Part shown: positions 1 through 12,379 of the stretch, piece after piece
Numbering within the stretch: position 1 is the stretch's first letter
Layout: each line of letters begins with the position of its first letter
NCBI GenBank assembly: GCA_977017645.1
Contig: OZ360235.1
Coordinates: 75,826,001-75,890,000, forward strand
Direction of reading: 5' to 3'
Length of the DNA stretch: 64,000 nucleotides
Origin: Torpedo marmorata
Lineage: Eukaryota
Position numbers and translations under genes: made by a program
Notes under the pieces: generated by a model
What the model was told of the DNA's origin: nothing
Seen by the model: the letters and a program-made list of their open reading frames with translations, nothing else
Databases searched by the model: none

Positions 1-163
1 TTAAATTTAGACATGCAGCATGGTAACAGGCCCTTTTGGCCCACGAGTCCGTGCCACCCAATTTACACCTAATTGACCTACACCCCGGTACATTTTTAAT
101 GGTGGGAGGAAACCGGAGCACCCGGAGGAAACCCACGCAGACACGGGGAGAGAGTACAAACTC
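1..163 (-). mobile_element. V-SINE / HE1-like SINE fragment
   Basis: GGAGGAAACCGGAGCACCCGGAGGAAACCCACGCAGACACGGGGAGA is the reverse complement of the V-SINE central core; related copies at 503, 49452 and 49942. Confidence 0.75.
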
Positions 164-502
164 TGATATTTTCAGGCATGTGGAATTTTCAGAAATGGGA
201 CAAGAGAGCTGCTGTCCGTCCAATATCCAAAAAAATTGTTTACCCATGTCACACCCTATCACTCTATCCTGCATTGTCCTATTGCCCCGGTAACAAATCA
301 CTCTCTTGTATATCGAGATCTGCCATAAAAACATTCAGACTGCTTCCACCGGCCTTTCAAGAATTCCCAAGAATCACAACCCATTTCTGAAAGAATAAAA
401 AAGCCTCATTGCTGTCTTAAATAGGCAAGCTCTTATTTTGAGACAGTGATCCCTCTCCCAGAAAAGAACGTGTCCACCTCGTCAAGACCTTTCAGAATCT
501 CA

Positions 503-733
503 ATTTAGAGATGCACCATGGGAACAGGCCCTAACGTCCCACGAGCCAAATACACCCCAGAGACCAATTAACCTACTAACCCCGTACGTCTTTGGAAAAT
601 GTGAGGAAGCCAGAGCACCTGGAGGAAAACAACGCAGTCATGGGGAGAACATGCAAACTCTTTATGGACAGTGGGGGATTTGAACCTGGGTCGCTGGCGC
701 TGTGATAGCATTGCACTAACCACTACACTAAAT
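503..733 (-). mobile_element. V-SINE / HE1-like SINE
   Basis: Same core; the minus strand shows a tRNA-like head with box A (TAGTGGTTAG) and box B (GGTTCAAATCC). Confidence 0.7.
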
Positions 734-805
734 GTGATGCACATGGTGAGTGGCCTGAATGGCTACTTGATGTTTGTTTATAATTATCTTAATTTAAGAT
801 GTACC

Positions 806-1701
806 TGTTCACAGAATATTATTTTATATTGGACATTGTTATGGACCATGACTGACCATTTGGACTGCGGACGGTCAGCAGGAAGGATGAAGTCTTTTGA
901 GTACACACTGGGACCAGGTACTGAAAGAGTTAACTTGCCCAGGACTGGCTGTGCTCAGAGAGAGACACACACATAGAGAGAGAGAGAGACAGGCTGTGGA
1001 AAGATACTTTGTTGCACTTTTGCAAAAGCAGGTGCAAACCTCTGCAAAATGCATTCAGTTTGGAGTTGCAAAAGGCTGAAGCAACAACACCAAAACCAGG
1101 CTTGTGCATTCCAGTAGAAAGAGTGGGGAAAATAGCACATGGCCTCTTGTGTCAGCAAAATCCTGGTATAAAGCAACTTTCGTGGAGAACAGGCGTGAGA
1201 TCAGCGAGACAGGCTGTGAGATCCAAGTATACGCCTCCATCAGTGGTATACTGATTTGGAACAGCAACCCTCGTGCACCTACAAAAAGGGAAAGTCATTG
1301 GAAGGAAAGCAGGCCAAGCATTCGTAAGCTTAAACAGTCATTGTCTCTCTCTCCAACGTTCATTAAGAAGTCCTTCGTGCCAGCGCACAGAGCTGAATTT
1401 GGACCCTGAACATAGAGAGTGATTTTTGTGGACTGTATTTTTGGGACTGACTTATTTTTATGACTGACCTGGGGGTTTTGGGGAAGGTTTTCTATTTTTT
1501 TTTTCTTGAGGGTTGGGCACAGACTGTAATGGTCTGGGTTTTACACACACACACTTTAGATAAGAGTAGTGATTATAGACATTTATAGTGGGTTAATTGT
1601 TAAGAAATTATATATTTAATTGTCTTTAATAAATATAAATTTCAATTTTACCCCTTTTGCATTGCGTCTTCTGTCGTTGCTGGTTTGAATTTGTAGCAAC
1701 A
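806..1701 (+). mobile_element. Candidate solo LTR (~900 bp)
   Basis: TGTT...AACA termini, AATAAA ~70 nt before the end, imperfect 4-bp flanks TACC/TATC, no coding signal. Confidence 0.35.
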
Positions 1702-2053
1702 TATCTTTAAGATTTTAGGTTTCTTTAGGAGTTTTTATGTTGAAACTGATGGGAAACACCTTCTCGATTTACAAATGATCACTTCCCAGGAAACACAATC
1801 CATTTGTTAATTGTGGAATACCTGTACCATCAAGTCAGGATGTTTGTGACGTTGATGGGACATTGGAAGTGGTGACATTTCCATGCTCTCACTCTCTTTG
1901 TTGTTCTTGATACCAGAGATTACAGATTTGAAAGACATTATCAAAGAAGCCTTTTTTTAATGTGGTGTATAATGCAATGGTGTGTCAGTAGTGGAATGAT
2001 TGATTAGGGTGTCAATGAAGGAGAATGTTTTCATCTGAATGGTATACAGCTTT

Positions 2054-2323
2054 AGGAAGTAAAAACACAATGCTGGAGAAACCCAGCAGGTCAAATAGTG
2101 TCCTTTATATAGCAAAGGTAAAAATATATAACCGATGTTTCGGGCATGAGCCCTTTATCAAGGTATAATAAAGCTCCTACCTTGATAAAGGGCTCAAGCC
2201 CGAAACGTTGGTTATGTATTTTTACCTTTTCTATATAAAGGACACTGTTTGACCTGCTGAGTTTCTCCAGCATTTTGTTTTTACTTCAACCATGGTGTCT
2301 ACAGATTTTCGTGTTTTATTTCT
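2054..2323. mobile_element. Hairpin insertion built from two inverted Penelope terminal repeats (pLTRs)
   Basis: 110-bp inverted arms 2056-2165 and 2178-2287 with a 12-nt loop; arms match the Penelope 3' repeat at 13726-13833; 9-bp TSD TACAGCTTT at 2045-2053 and 2324-2332. Confidence 0.85.
2178..2216 (+). ncRNA. Minimal hammerhead-ribozyme-like motif, U3:A8 variant (mirror copy on - strand at ~2127-2165)
   Basis: TACC TTGATAA A GGGCT-CA-AGCCC GAAAC GTT GGTTATG: core, stem II, GAAA, NUH site and ACC/GGT stem I. Confidence 0.5.
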
Positions 2324-3000
2324 TACAGCTTTTGGAAGTGCATTTATTCAGACAAGAGTTTTTCATCAGCTTCCTCTTAGATTCCTGCCATCACAGAGGC
2401 TGGTCTTCAGACTTCTCCTGTTCAAGCACCAAATCTGTGGATCTTTCATGGGAACATGAGTTGTCCAAGGAAAGAACTTGAACTAAGCACTCCCTGTCAT
2501 TAAGCAGTGGCCAGGCCAAAGCTTTGCATGGTTTACTTTCAGCTGCAACTGAAGGTCTAAGGTATAACATAGCTCTGTTTCACCATGTTAGCTCTTGATT
2601 GATCAACTTTGATATGGAGATGGTTCAGGTCATTCTACATAGTCCCTATTCAGCTGCTCAGACACCTCAGTGCTCATGCTTCCCACTGTCACAGATAGTG
2701 CCGGAATCCAGTATTAAAACGCGGAAGATCCCACCACGCATTTTTATGCCGTATAGTGTCAATTTAGAGGATGTCCTTTATCCACTCTGAGTCATTTCCT
2801 CTCTCCTTGGCTGCCACCCAGCTGTGTCTGGATGTCTGATGGTGCAATTCCAGTGAAGATGTATGGGCAGTTGTGGCATTAAGTCAGTCAGTGATGATTT
2901 GGCCGATATCATTCAGCAGGAGGTTGCATGGCAGAGTATTCTGTTCCCAGATGCACATAATCAACATGGAGGTAGTAAATGGTGAACACAAAAGTTCCAA

Positions 3001-3359
3001 TCAGAATCAGAATCAGAATTTATTGTCATGAACAAATCACAAAATTCGTTGTTTTGCGGCAGCATCACAGTGCAAACATTTATATAAACCACCTTACAAA
3101 AATAAATAAAAATAGTGCACAAAAAGTGAAAGTAAGGCAGTGACTTTGGTTCATTGATCATTCAGGAATCTGATGGCAGAGGGGAAGAAGCTGTCCTTGT
3201 GCCACTGAGTGTTCATCTTCAGGCTCCTGTACCTTTTTCCCAATGGTAGCAGAGTGAAAAGGGCATGGCCTGAGTGGTGGGGGTCCTTGAGGTTAGAGGC
3301 TGCTTTCTTAAGACACCGCCTCATGTAGATGTCCTCGATGGAGTGAATGAACTGTCTGG
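3001..3359 (-). mobile_element. Rex1/Babar-type LINE, 3' fragment
   Basis: (TTCTGA)n tail; ORF end KDPHHSGHALFTLLPLGKRYRSLK...KDSFFPSAIRFLN. Confidence 0.85.
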
Positions 3360-3749
3360 CATTTTGATTTTCCAAGTTTCCAGAAGATTCTCTTTCAGGG
3401 ACTGCATTAAAATCATTGGTCCTGTTCTCAAGAACCAGCTGGATGTATCAAGGCAATGGATAGGATTAACTGTGGTGCTCAAACTAATAGTCCATAACAA
3501 ACCAACCAGCTGTGTCTCTGGTAAAGTTCCTGTACATTTATCACACTGGCATCAATTGAAAATGTGGAAGATTGGCAAAATATGTCCTGTCCATGATATA
3601 TATGATCCAATATATATAAAATAGATCCAATGACTGATCACCTCACAATCAGCCTACTCTTATCGACAGTACAGCAATGGAAGGTGCCATTGACAGTGCT
3701 GTGAAGCAACGAGTAACTTGCTTGCCTCAGATCACTTTGGAGACTAATT

Positions 3750-4404
3750 CCAAAAAATAGGCCAATGGACAAATCCTGAGTGAAGCAAATAATTTGCAAA
3801 TGATTTCATTCACAATGAGAGCATTTGACCAAATGTGACATCCAGGAGCCCTGTTAAAACTTGGGACAAAGGCCATCAAGGGAAAACAGTCCAATGGTTG
3901 GAGTCGTACCTTGCATGAAGGGAGATGATCAAGAGGTCTGTAGGAAGAAAGCTGGAGGAAGACACAAGGAGCTGGAGGAACCCAATGGGTCAGGCCGCTC
4001 CCATGGAATGCAATAGGGAGATGATTATGGTTATAGGCAGGCAATCATTCCAGCCCTTGGACATTATTACAGGTATTCCCAGCATATTCAGTAGCTTCAT
4101 TAATGACCTTCTGTTCTTCATAAAGTTAGCAGAATGACCTGCGAATTATGCATTTCATCAGTTCCTTCCACAAACCCTGAGTTAACGAGACAGTCCATGG
4201 CTGTGTACAGAAACACCAAGACAACATTGGGGCCTAGACTGACAAATGTAAGAGACATGTGCGCCACAAAAGTGCAGGCAAAAGAGAGTCTCACCAACTT
4301 CCCTTGACATTCAATAGCATAGACATGAATGAACTTTCTTCAAGCCACCAATAACAACAGGATCTGCTGCATAAATACTGTGGTTACAAAAGCTGGCCAG
4401 GAGC
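3750..4404 (+). mobile_element. Highly decayed old LINE (CR1-like) remnant
   Basis: Degenerate RT-like traces (e.g. IFSSFINDL); boundaries approximate. Confidence 0.35.
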
Positions 4405-6798
4405 TAGTTATCGAGAAGGGTGGATATGAGAGAGGAACTCTGAGAAGTGAAGAACCGGCAAGCCGCGCTATTCACCTCAGAGTCCTCCAAGATCATCTTC
4501 CGATCCAGAGTCCACACAGTGGAGCCGGATGAGACGTGCTCACGCTTCTTCTTCTGAAAGGTTCACAGAGGGAGCTCTGTGATCCACAGCCTTAAGGAAG
4601 AGGACGGCTCAGCCACATCCTTGCAGACGGGCATTCAGACGATCAGCAGATCCTTTTATGCTGAACTGTATGGCACTAAGGCTACAGACAGAATGGCCTC
4701 CCAGAACTTCCTGTCCTCAATCACGGAGGTATTAGTCAACAGCAAGCGAGAGAGTCTGAACCAACCAATTACCCTGGGGGAGCTGACGGACTACATTCAT
4801 TCCTTTGGATCGAGTAAAACTCCCAGAAGCAAAGGCTTATTGGCTGAGTTGTACATGGCTCTGTGGGACTTGGCCCAGACCTGCAGGAAGTATACAATGC
4901 AATGCTCCTAGCAGGCAGAATCAAGTCTGCCTGGGGCAGGTGAAGCACCCAGACCATTCCTGCATGGTTCTGAGCAGGAAAATCTCTGACAGCCTCACGC
5001 TGCTCAGAGATACCATCACCTACATGTAGGACAGCGGGGTGGACACCTGCCTGGTCAGTTTCGACCAGGAGAAGGCTTTCGACTGGATATCGCACACGTA
5101 CATGATGGACATGCTCTCAAAAATGGGCTTTGGGGAGGGAACGACTGGCCTGGATGTCATCACCAAAGGTGGGAGTTGCTGGAAGATGGCCAGCCTCTCG
5201 CTCCGCACGGGTGAGGCATACACATTGATCAGCCAGAGCGGGGTGTTGCGGTACATTAGATCCACCATGAGGAGATGCCCCCCAACCACGTACTTAACCT
5301 TGGTGATTACAAAGTTGCCTCCGCGCAGCAAGATATTGGATTAAACTGGACTACACAGACATCCCCAGCGCAGTCCAAATCAATGGGTGCAAAACAGATA
5401 TCTTCCCCATCAAGTCTGGAGTCAGGAAGGGTTGCCCACTCTCTCCAGTCTTATTTGTGTGCTGCATAGAGCCCTTTACTGAATCCATCAGGAAGGACTC
5501 TTCAGAATCAGAATCAGAATTTATTGTCATGAACAAGTCATGAAATTCGGTGTTTTGCGGCAGCATCATAGTGCAAACATTCATATTATAACTATCGTAC
5601 GACATTACTATAAAAAATAAAAATAATAGTGCACGAAAAGTAAGGCAGTGTCTTTGGTTCATTGATTATTCAGGAATCTGATGGCAGCGGGGAAGAAGCT
5701 GTCCTTGTGCCGTTGAGTGCTCGTCTTTAGGCTCCTGTACCTTTCTCCCGATGGTAGCAGAGTGAAGAGGGTGGTGGGGGTCTTTGAGGATAGAGGCTGC
5801 TTTTTTAAGACACCGCCTCATGTAGATGTCCTCAATGGAGTGAAGTCTGGTGCCTATGATGTCACAGGCCGAGTTAACAACCCTCTGGAGTTTATTCTTG
5901 TCCTGAGTGTTGGCGCCTCCATACCAGGCAGTGATGCAACCTGTAGAAGTTTTCAAGAGTCTTCGATGACATACCGAATCTCCTCAGACACCTCACAAAG
6001 TATACCCGCTGACAAGCCTTCTTTGTGATTGTATCAACGTGGAGGCTCCAGGACAGATCCTCGGAAATGTTGACACCCAGGAATTTGAATTTCTTGATCC
6101 TCTCCACTACTGAGCCCTCGATGAGGACTGGGTCATGTTCCCCTGACTTCCTCCTGAAGTCCACAATAAATTCCTTGGTTTTGCTGACGTTGAGTGCAAG
6201 GTTGTTGTCGTTACACCATTCAACGAGCTGATCTATCTCCCTCCTGTACGCTTCCTCATTGCCGCTTGTGATTCCGCCGACAACTGTGGTGTCATCGGCA
6301 AACTTGTAGATGGCATCGGAATTGTGCCTGGCCACACAGTCATGGGTATAAGCGGAGTGATGTTGCCGGGCAGTGGAGGCACTCAGGTCAAAGCCTCCCT
6401 GTACCTGGACGAAGTCACCGTCTTCTGTTTAGATCAGCATCTGGGCCATTTTGAGTCCGCATCGGGCGTCAGGGTAAACCGAAAGAAAACCGAGGCAATG
6501 CTCTTTGGTAACTGGTCCGACTGGTCCAGCATCCCCTTCACAGTCAGATCTGACTACATGAAGGTGTTGGGGATCTGGATTGGAGGGGCCGAGGCGTGCA
6601 ACAAAAATTGGTTGGAGCAATCGCAAACGTCCACCAATAATTGAGTCCTGTGGGTGCAGCGATCCTTATCAATAACAGAGAAATACCTGATCACCAGGTG
6701 TGAGGTGCTCTCGGTACTGCTGTACGTGGTGCAGGTATGGTCCATCTCCTGCACATCCACCCTGTGGATCCAAGATGGAAAAGGTCCGAAGGGTCGCC
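4405..6798 (+). mobile_element. Tx1-clade LINE, 5'-truncated, left part
   Basis: ORF2 remnants ETCSRFFF, IHSLKEEDGS, VSFDQEKAFDWISH, SLYLDEVTVF; continues at 26146 across the Gypsy A TSD. Confidence 0.8.
5502..6350 (-). mobile_element. Rex1/Babar-type LINE inserted in the Tx1 element
   Basis: ORF 5892-6335 has [12 protein letters not shown] and FKFLGVNISEDLSW; (TTCTGA)n tail at 5502. Confidence 0.9.
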
Positions 6799-6947
6799 TG
6801 TTATGGGAACACGCATGTGCGCGTGATGTCACAAAAGGAGTTACATTTGTATTGCGTGTTCAGTTAGACGCCATCTTGATCAGAATAAAGAGTGCTTACT
6901 GTTTCTCTCGTATGAGGCGATTCTTTAATAGAAATACACGACAGAAT

Positions 6948-6960
6948 TGGCGACGAGGAT
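6948..6960 (+). promoter_or_regulatory. Primer-binding site of Gypsy A, tRNA-Ser(GCT) type
   Basis: TGGCGACGAGGAT 4 nt after the LTR; complementary to the ...ATCCTCGTCGCCA 3' end recalled for tRNA-Ser(GCT). Confidence 0.7.
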
Positions 6961-7205
6961 CAAAAAAAATAATTCGACACTCCGGGCGACGGAATCTACG
7001 GGATTTCGAGTAAAAGAGGACGTCGGAGGTGAAAATTTGGTGGCGAAAACGACGACCGGGACGACGTCAAGCTGCAACGGGTCGAAAGCACATGTTCGTC
7101 AGCAGTGAAAAAAGGAAGAAACTCGAGAAGAAGACAACAAAAGAGTGAGAATAAACAGCACTGGCATAGCGGATTTACTTTGATACTAAATAATAAGTAG
7201 TGAAA

Positions 7206-10200
7206 ATGGCAGAAGGATGCTTTGGGGAATATAGAGAGACTGAAGACTGATTATGTAGATAGGTTCTATATATACTGCATTGCCCATGATGTGGGGGATA
7301 CGGAAACTTGCAATAAAAAACAGGCGTTGTTTTTAAGCGAGGTGGGGAGCAGAACATACGGTCTGATCAACACTCTATTTGTACTGGTAAAACCAAATAC
7401 CAAGTCTTATAAAGAGTTATCTGACTTGTTGGAGATCATCTGTCCCCAAAGCCAATAGCAATCGCTGAAAGATACAAATTCTATACCAGAAGGCAAAAGG
7501 CTGGCGAAGCAGTGAGCCAATATTTGGCCGAATTGCGTAAGTTGTCCGAGACATGTAGTTTTGGTAACTTCTTGGACGAGGCTTAGAGAGACAGATTGGT
7601 GATCGGTTTGGCGGACCGCCATGCCCAACAAAGATTGTTGAGTTAAAAAAATTTGGACATCAAGTCCGCCTATGAGATAGCATTGAGTTTCGAAATGGCC
7701 GATCGTAACATTGATATTATACAGGGGGAGCACGTGGTGAAGAGAATGGACCGACGAGAATGTTTCCGCTGTGGGAGAAATAACCACAGCCCTGATAACT
7801 GATTACAAAAAGGCTAAGTGCTATTTATGTGACAATGTAGGACACATCAAGTCAAAGTGTCCAAGACAAAAAGAAAAGAGAGAGAAAGAGGGTCACAGAA
7901 GGAAGAAAAACCAGAAATTGAAGTATAAAAAACAATCTTCCAAAGTTAAAAACCTCATGAAAAATTACAAAAGTTCTAGCAGTGAGCCAGAGTACAAAAG
8001 TGACTACAAGGATGACAGGGCATTGGCATTAATGTACATCCGTAGTGTATTTGATCGCAGGTCAGAAATTCTTGTTCGTATTAAAGTTAACAACAAACCG
8101 GTCCACATGGAACTCAACACAGGGGCGGCTGTGTCATTAATGCCAAAAGATCTGAAAGACAAACTACTGCCCAAACTTAAAATGAAACAGTCTGACATAG
8201 TGTTAAAGACGGTTACAGGAGAGAAAGTTAAAGTGCTAGGGAAAGGTGAAGTGGACATCGAGTATAAGGGACAGACAAAGAAAGGACTACCTCTACATAG
8301 TAGATATAAAAGGACCCGCCTTGTTTGGAAGGGATTGGTTGTCGCACATCCAACTTGATGGGAGGCAATTGGTGCGGTGAAGAGTGTACAAACTGATAAT
8401 AAAAAATCAAAGCTGGAACAGATGCTTCAGAAGTACCAAACAGTTCTTCTTCAGGAAGAACCTGGGAAACATTCAGGGAGTCCAGGTCAAATTGCAAGTG
8501 AAATCGGAAGCCAATCCTAAATTCTTTAAGCCAAGGTCGGTACCTTCTGCTATAAAAAAGGGAATTGAGACTGAACTCAACAGATTAGAAAGTGAAGGGA
8601 TAATCGAGAAACTTCAGTACAGCGACTGGGCAGCTCCTATTGTACCGGTCAGAAAACCCAGTGGTGAAATACAAATTTGTGGTGATTATAAGGTCACAAT
8701 TAACCAAGCCCTGCAAGCCCCCGGACATCCAATTCCGAGAGAGAAGGAATAATTTCAAGCTTTGAATGATGGAAAAAAGTTCCCGAAACTAGACTTATCA
8801 CAAGCATATCAACAAGTCGAATTGGATCCCGAATCGAGGAAGTATGTTGCTATCAACACTCACCTGGGGTCATTCACTTATACCAGGATGCCGTATGGAA
8901 TATCATCAGCTCCAGTGATATTTCAAGCTGTTATGGACAAACTATTGCAAGGACTAAATGTTGGATGTTACCTAGATGACATCATCATTATGGGTCGTGA
9001 CGACGCAGAGCATCTAACAAACTTGGAAAAGGTCCTGGCCCAGTTAGAACAAGTTAAATTCCAACTGTGTCAAGACAAGTGTGTATTTATGGTGCCCTCA
9101 GTAACATATTTGGGATTTACGATTGATCGTGAAGGAGTCAGGATGGATACAGCTGGCACCGAAGCCGTTCGCAGTGCACCCTGTCCATCGAATCGAGCTG
9201 AGTTGCAATCGTTCTTAGATTTGGTTAACCACTATCGAAAGCACATCCCTAACATGTCAACTCTTTGCAACCCACTCAACCAATTGTTGAAAAAAGACCA
9301 GAAATGGTGTTGGAATGTCGAAACCGACAAAGCTTGAAGAAACTGCTGACCTCAAGGGATAATGTTCTCATTCACTACGACCCAGACAAGGAAGTGACCC
9401 TGGCTGTTGATGCTTCACCTGTTGGTTTAGGTGCAGTATTATCACAAGTCACAGAAAAGGGAGAACAACCAGTTGCATACGCTTCCCACTCGCTAACGGC
9501 CTGTGAACGAAACTATGGGCAACTGGAGAAGGAAGGATTGGCCATAATATTTGGTCTCAAGCGATTCCACCAATACCTATATGGTAGGAAGTTCACCTTA
9601 GTGACGGATAATAAACCATTGAGTTTGATCTTAGGCCCCAAGAAAGGCATTCCTGTGCTAGCGGCTGCAAGAATTCAAAGATGGGCGATGGAGCTCGCAG
9701 CGTATGATTATGATCTAAAGCATCGTCCTGCAGACAAGAACGGCCATGCTGATGCATTATCGCGCTTACCTCTGCCTGTGACAGAACAGACTGAAGGGAA
9801 TATTAAGAAGTAAAACACGAAAATCTGCAGACACCGTGGTTGAAGTAAAAACACAAATGCTGGAGAAACTCAGCAGGTCAAACAGTGTCTTTTATGTAGC
9901 AAAGGTAGAAATACATAACCAACGTTTCGGTCTTGAGCCCTTCATCATTAATTAATTAATTGGACTGTGGAAGCCACAGCTATCAACCAGGAACAACTGC
10001 ACCACTTGCCCACTACAGCTAAGGCTATCAGCAAAGAGGTACGAAAAGAGGCCATACTGTCGAAGATTCTGTACTTCACCTTGAATGGGTGGCCCGAGGC
10101 TGACAGTATTACTCCCGAATTGAAAGCTTTTTATACGCGGCAAAACAAAATATCGATTGAAGAGGGTTGCCTGTTGTGGGGGACAAGAACTATCTTTCCA

Positions 10201-11374
10201 AAGAAATGGCAGGAGGCCTTGCTAAAGGAACTCAACACCAATCATCCAGGAATGGTCCAGATGAAGGCGCTGGCACACATGCATGTCTGGTGGCCATCGA
10301 TTGACATAGATATTGAACATCTGCCAAGAAATGCAACCGAAAGCACCCCAAGCAGAAGCTAACCCATGGAAATGGCCATCACAACCATGGCACCAAATTC
10401 ATATTGATTTCACTGGTCCATTTATGGGGGAAAACTTTCTGATTATTGTCGATGCACACTCCAAATGGCCGATTGTGTGGCGAATGCGGTCAACAACAAC
10501 GGAAAAGACAATTGAGAGACTATGAGGTGTGTTCGCAGGTTATGGATTACCCATAGAACTGGTTTCAGACAATGGACCTCAATTTATATCAGACGCTTTC
10601 AAGCAGTTCCTGTGAAACAACAATGTTTATCTGCACATATTATCTGCACCCTACCATCCAAGTACGAATTGGGAAGCAGAGCGCTTCGTGCAGACTTTTA
10701 AACGGGCGATGAAAGCAAAGAAGTCATTAAAATCATCATGGAATCATAAAATCGCAGAATTTCTGTTATCATACAGAACAACACCGCACTCCACTACAAA
10801 ACGCACGCCGGCAGAACTGATGTTTGGACGCAACTTGAGAACCCGACTTGCTGCGGTGCACCCAAACATCGGACGTCGTATTCAGCAGTTGACATCCCCG
10901 AGTAAGCCAACAAGATCTCTGGAGATTGGAGAACAAGTATTGGTACGAGATTACAGGGTGCATGAAGAAACATGGGTAAGAGGCGTGTCTCAAGAAACTA
11001 AGTCCATGTTCATATTCGGTACTAGTGGGTGACAAGATATGGAAACGACACATCGACCAGTTAAGATCAATCGAGGACCCCATTTCCGTTCCGATTTCGG
11101 ACAATCCCCCTGACGTTCCGCTTTTGGCACAACCTGACTATGCTGCCCCTGGATAGCCCCGGTACCGGTTACTGAGTCACCATCATTGGTGGCTGCACAG
11201 GGGCAAGATGCCCGCCAAGCACCGGACACACAGCCAGTAGTGTCAGCCAGTGAGGAGAAGGTATCTGCTCCAGAAAAGTCGAAAAGTCGTACTCCTGTTC
11301 GGTGTTGTTCATCCCCGAGAAGATCCAAGAGAGAAAGACACCCTCCAGCACATCTCAAAGACTATGTGCAGTGA
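7206..11374 (+). pseudogene. Degenerate gag-pol of Gypsy A
   Basis: Zn knuckle CYLCDNVGHIKSKC, protease MELNTGAAVS, RT (WAAPIVPV, CYLDD), RNase H (DASPVGLGAVL), integrase (IHIDFTGP, SDNGPQF); many stops and frameshifts. Confidence 0.92.
9807..9947 (-). mobile_element. Penelope pLTR fragment inserted in Gypsy A pol
   Basis: Reverse complement of the repeat at 2183-2322; ends inside the hammerhead core; interrupts pol between RNase H and integrase. Confidence 0.85.
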
Positions 11375-12379
11375 CTTAAAGACTTTGTGTGTTTCCAGTT
11401 AATGCATTTTCAAGTTAGATTGCGTGGTATCTATAGTTACAATTATTAGTTGAAGTTATGCTTAAGTTCTCAGTAGTGTTTACAAGTGTTAACATATTTA
11501 AGTTTCCCTTGAGTAGATCGAGTCGACAGGGCTGCCCTTTGTCTCCAGGACTCTTTGTCTTGGCTATTGAGCCGAAGCAATTAGACAGGCTCCTGATATA
11601 AAAGTTTTCAAAGTAGATCAGACAAATCATAAAATTAACCTCCTGGCAGATGACGTAATTTTGTACTTAACAGACCCTGCTAACTCCCTCACCAAATTAC
11701 AGGCTCTATTAAACGCTTATGGTGTTATTTCAGGATATAATGTGAATGAACTGGGAAAAAAGTGAAATTATTCCACTGACGAGTTTTGATTTCACTGAGT
11801 ATCAGCAAACAACCCATTTAAGTGGCTTCCAAATGGTATAAAATATCTTGGAATAACTGTAGATAATGACCTTAAAAATTTGTATAAACTTAATTACCTC
11901 CCATTGCTCAGTGGAATTGAAGATGACCTATGTAGGTGGATGAGTTTGCCCATTACTCTAATTGGCAGAGTCAACTGTGTGAAAATGAATATGTTACCGA
12001 GGTTACAGTATCTTTTCCAGTCCTTGCCCATTTTACTACCCCAAACTTTCTTTAAAACCCTCAACAAACATGTTAGACAATTCATATGGAATTATAAAGT
12101 GCCAAGAGTATCTATGGGAAAATTAACATGGGATTATAGATTAGGGGGCCTTCAATTACCCAGTTTTAAAAATTATTATTTGGCAGCTCAAATGCAATTT
12201 ATTTCAAGGAGTAAAACACGAAAATCTGTAAAACACGAAAAGCACTTCGCTTCTTCCTGGACCAAAGACCCGACCAGTCACCCTCTACCACCACCCTCCT
12301 CCGCCTGGCAGAACTTGTCCTCACTCTCAATAACTTCTCTTTCAACTCATCCCACTTCCTCCAAATCAAAGGAGTAGCC

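Noticed and set aside
660-733. tRNA gene
   Set aside because: Box A/B belong to a SINE head joined to the V-SINE core; no full cloverleaf
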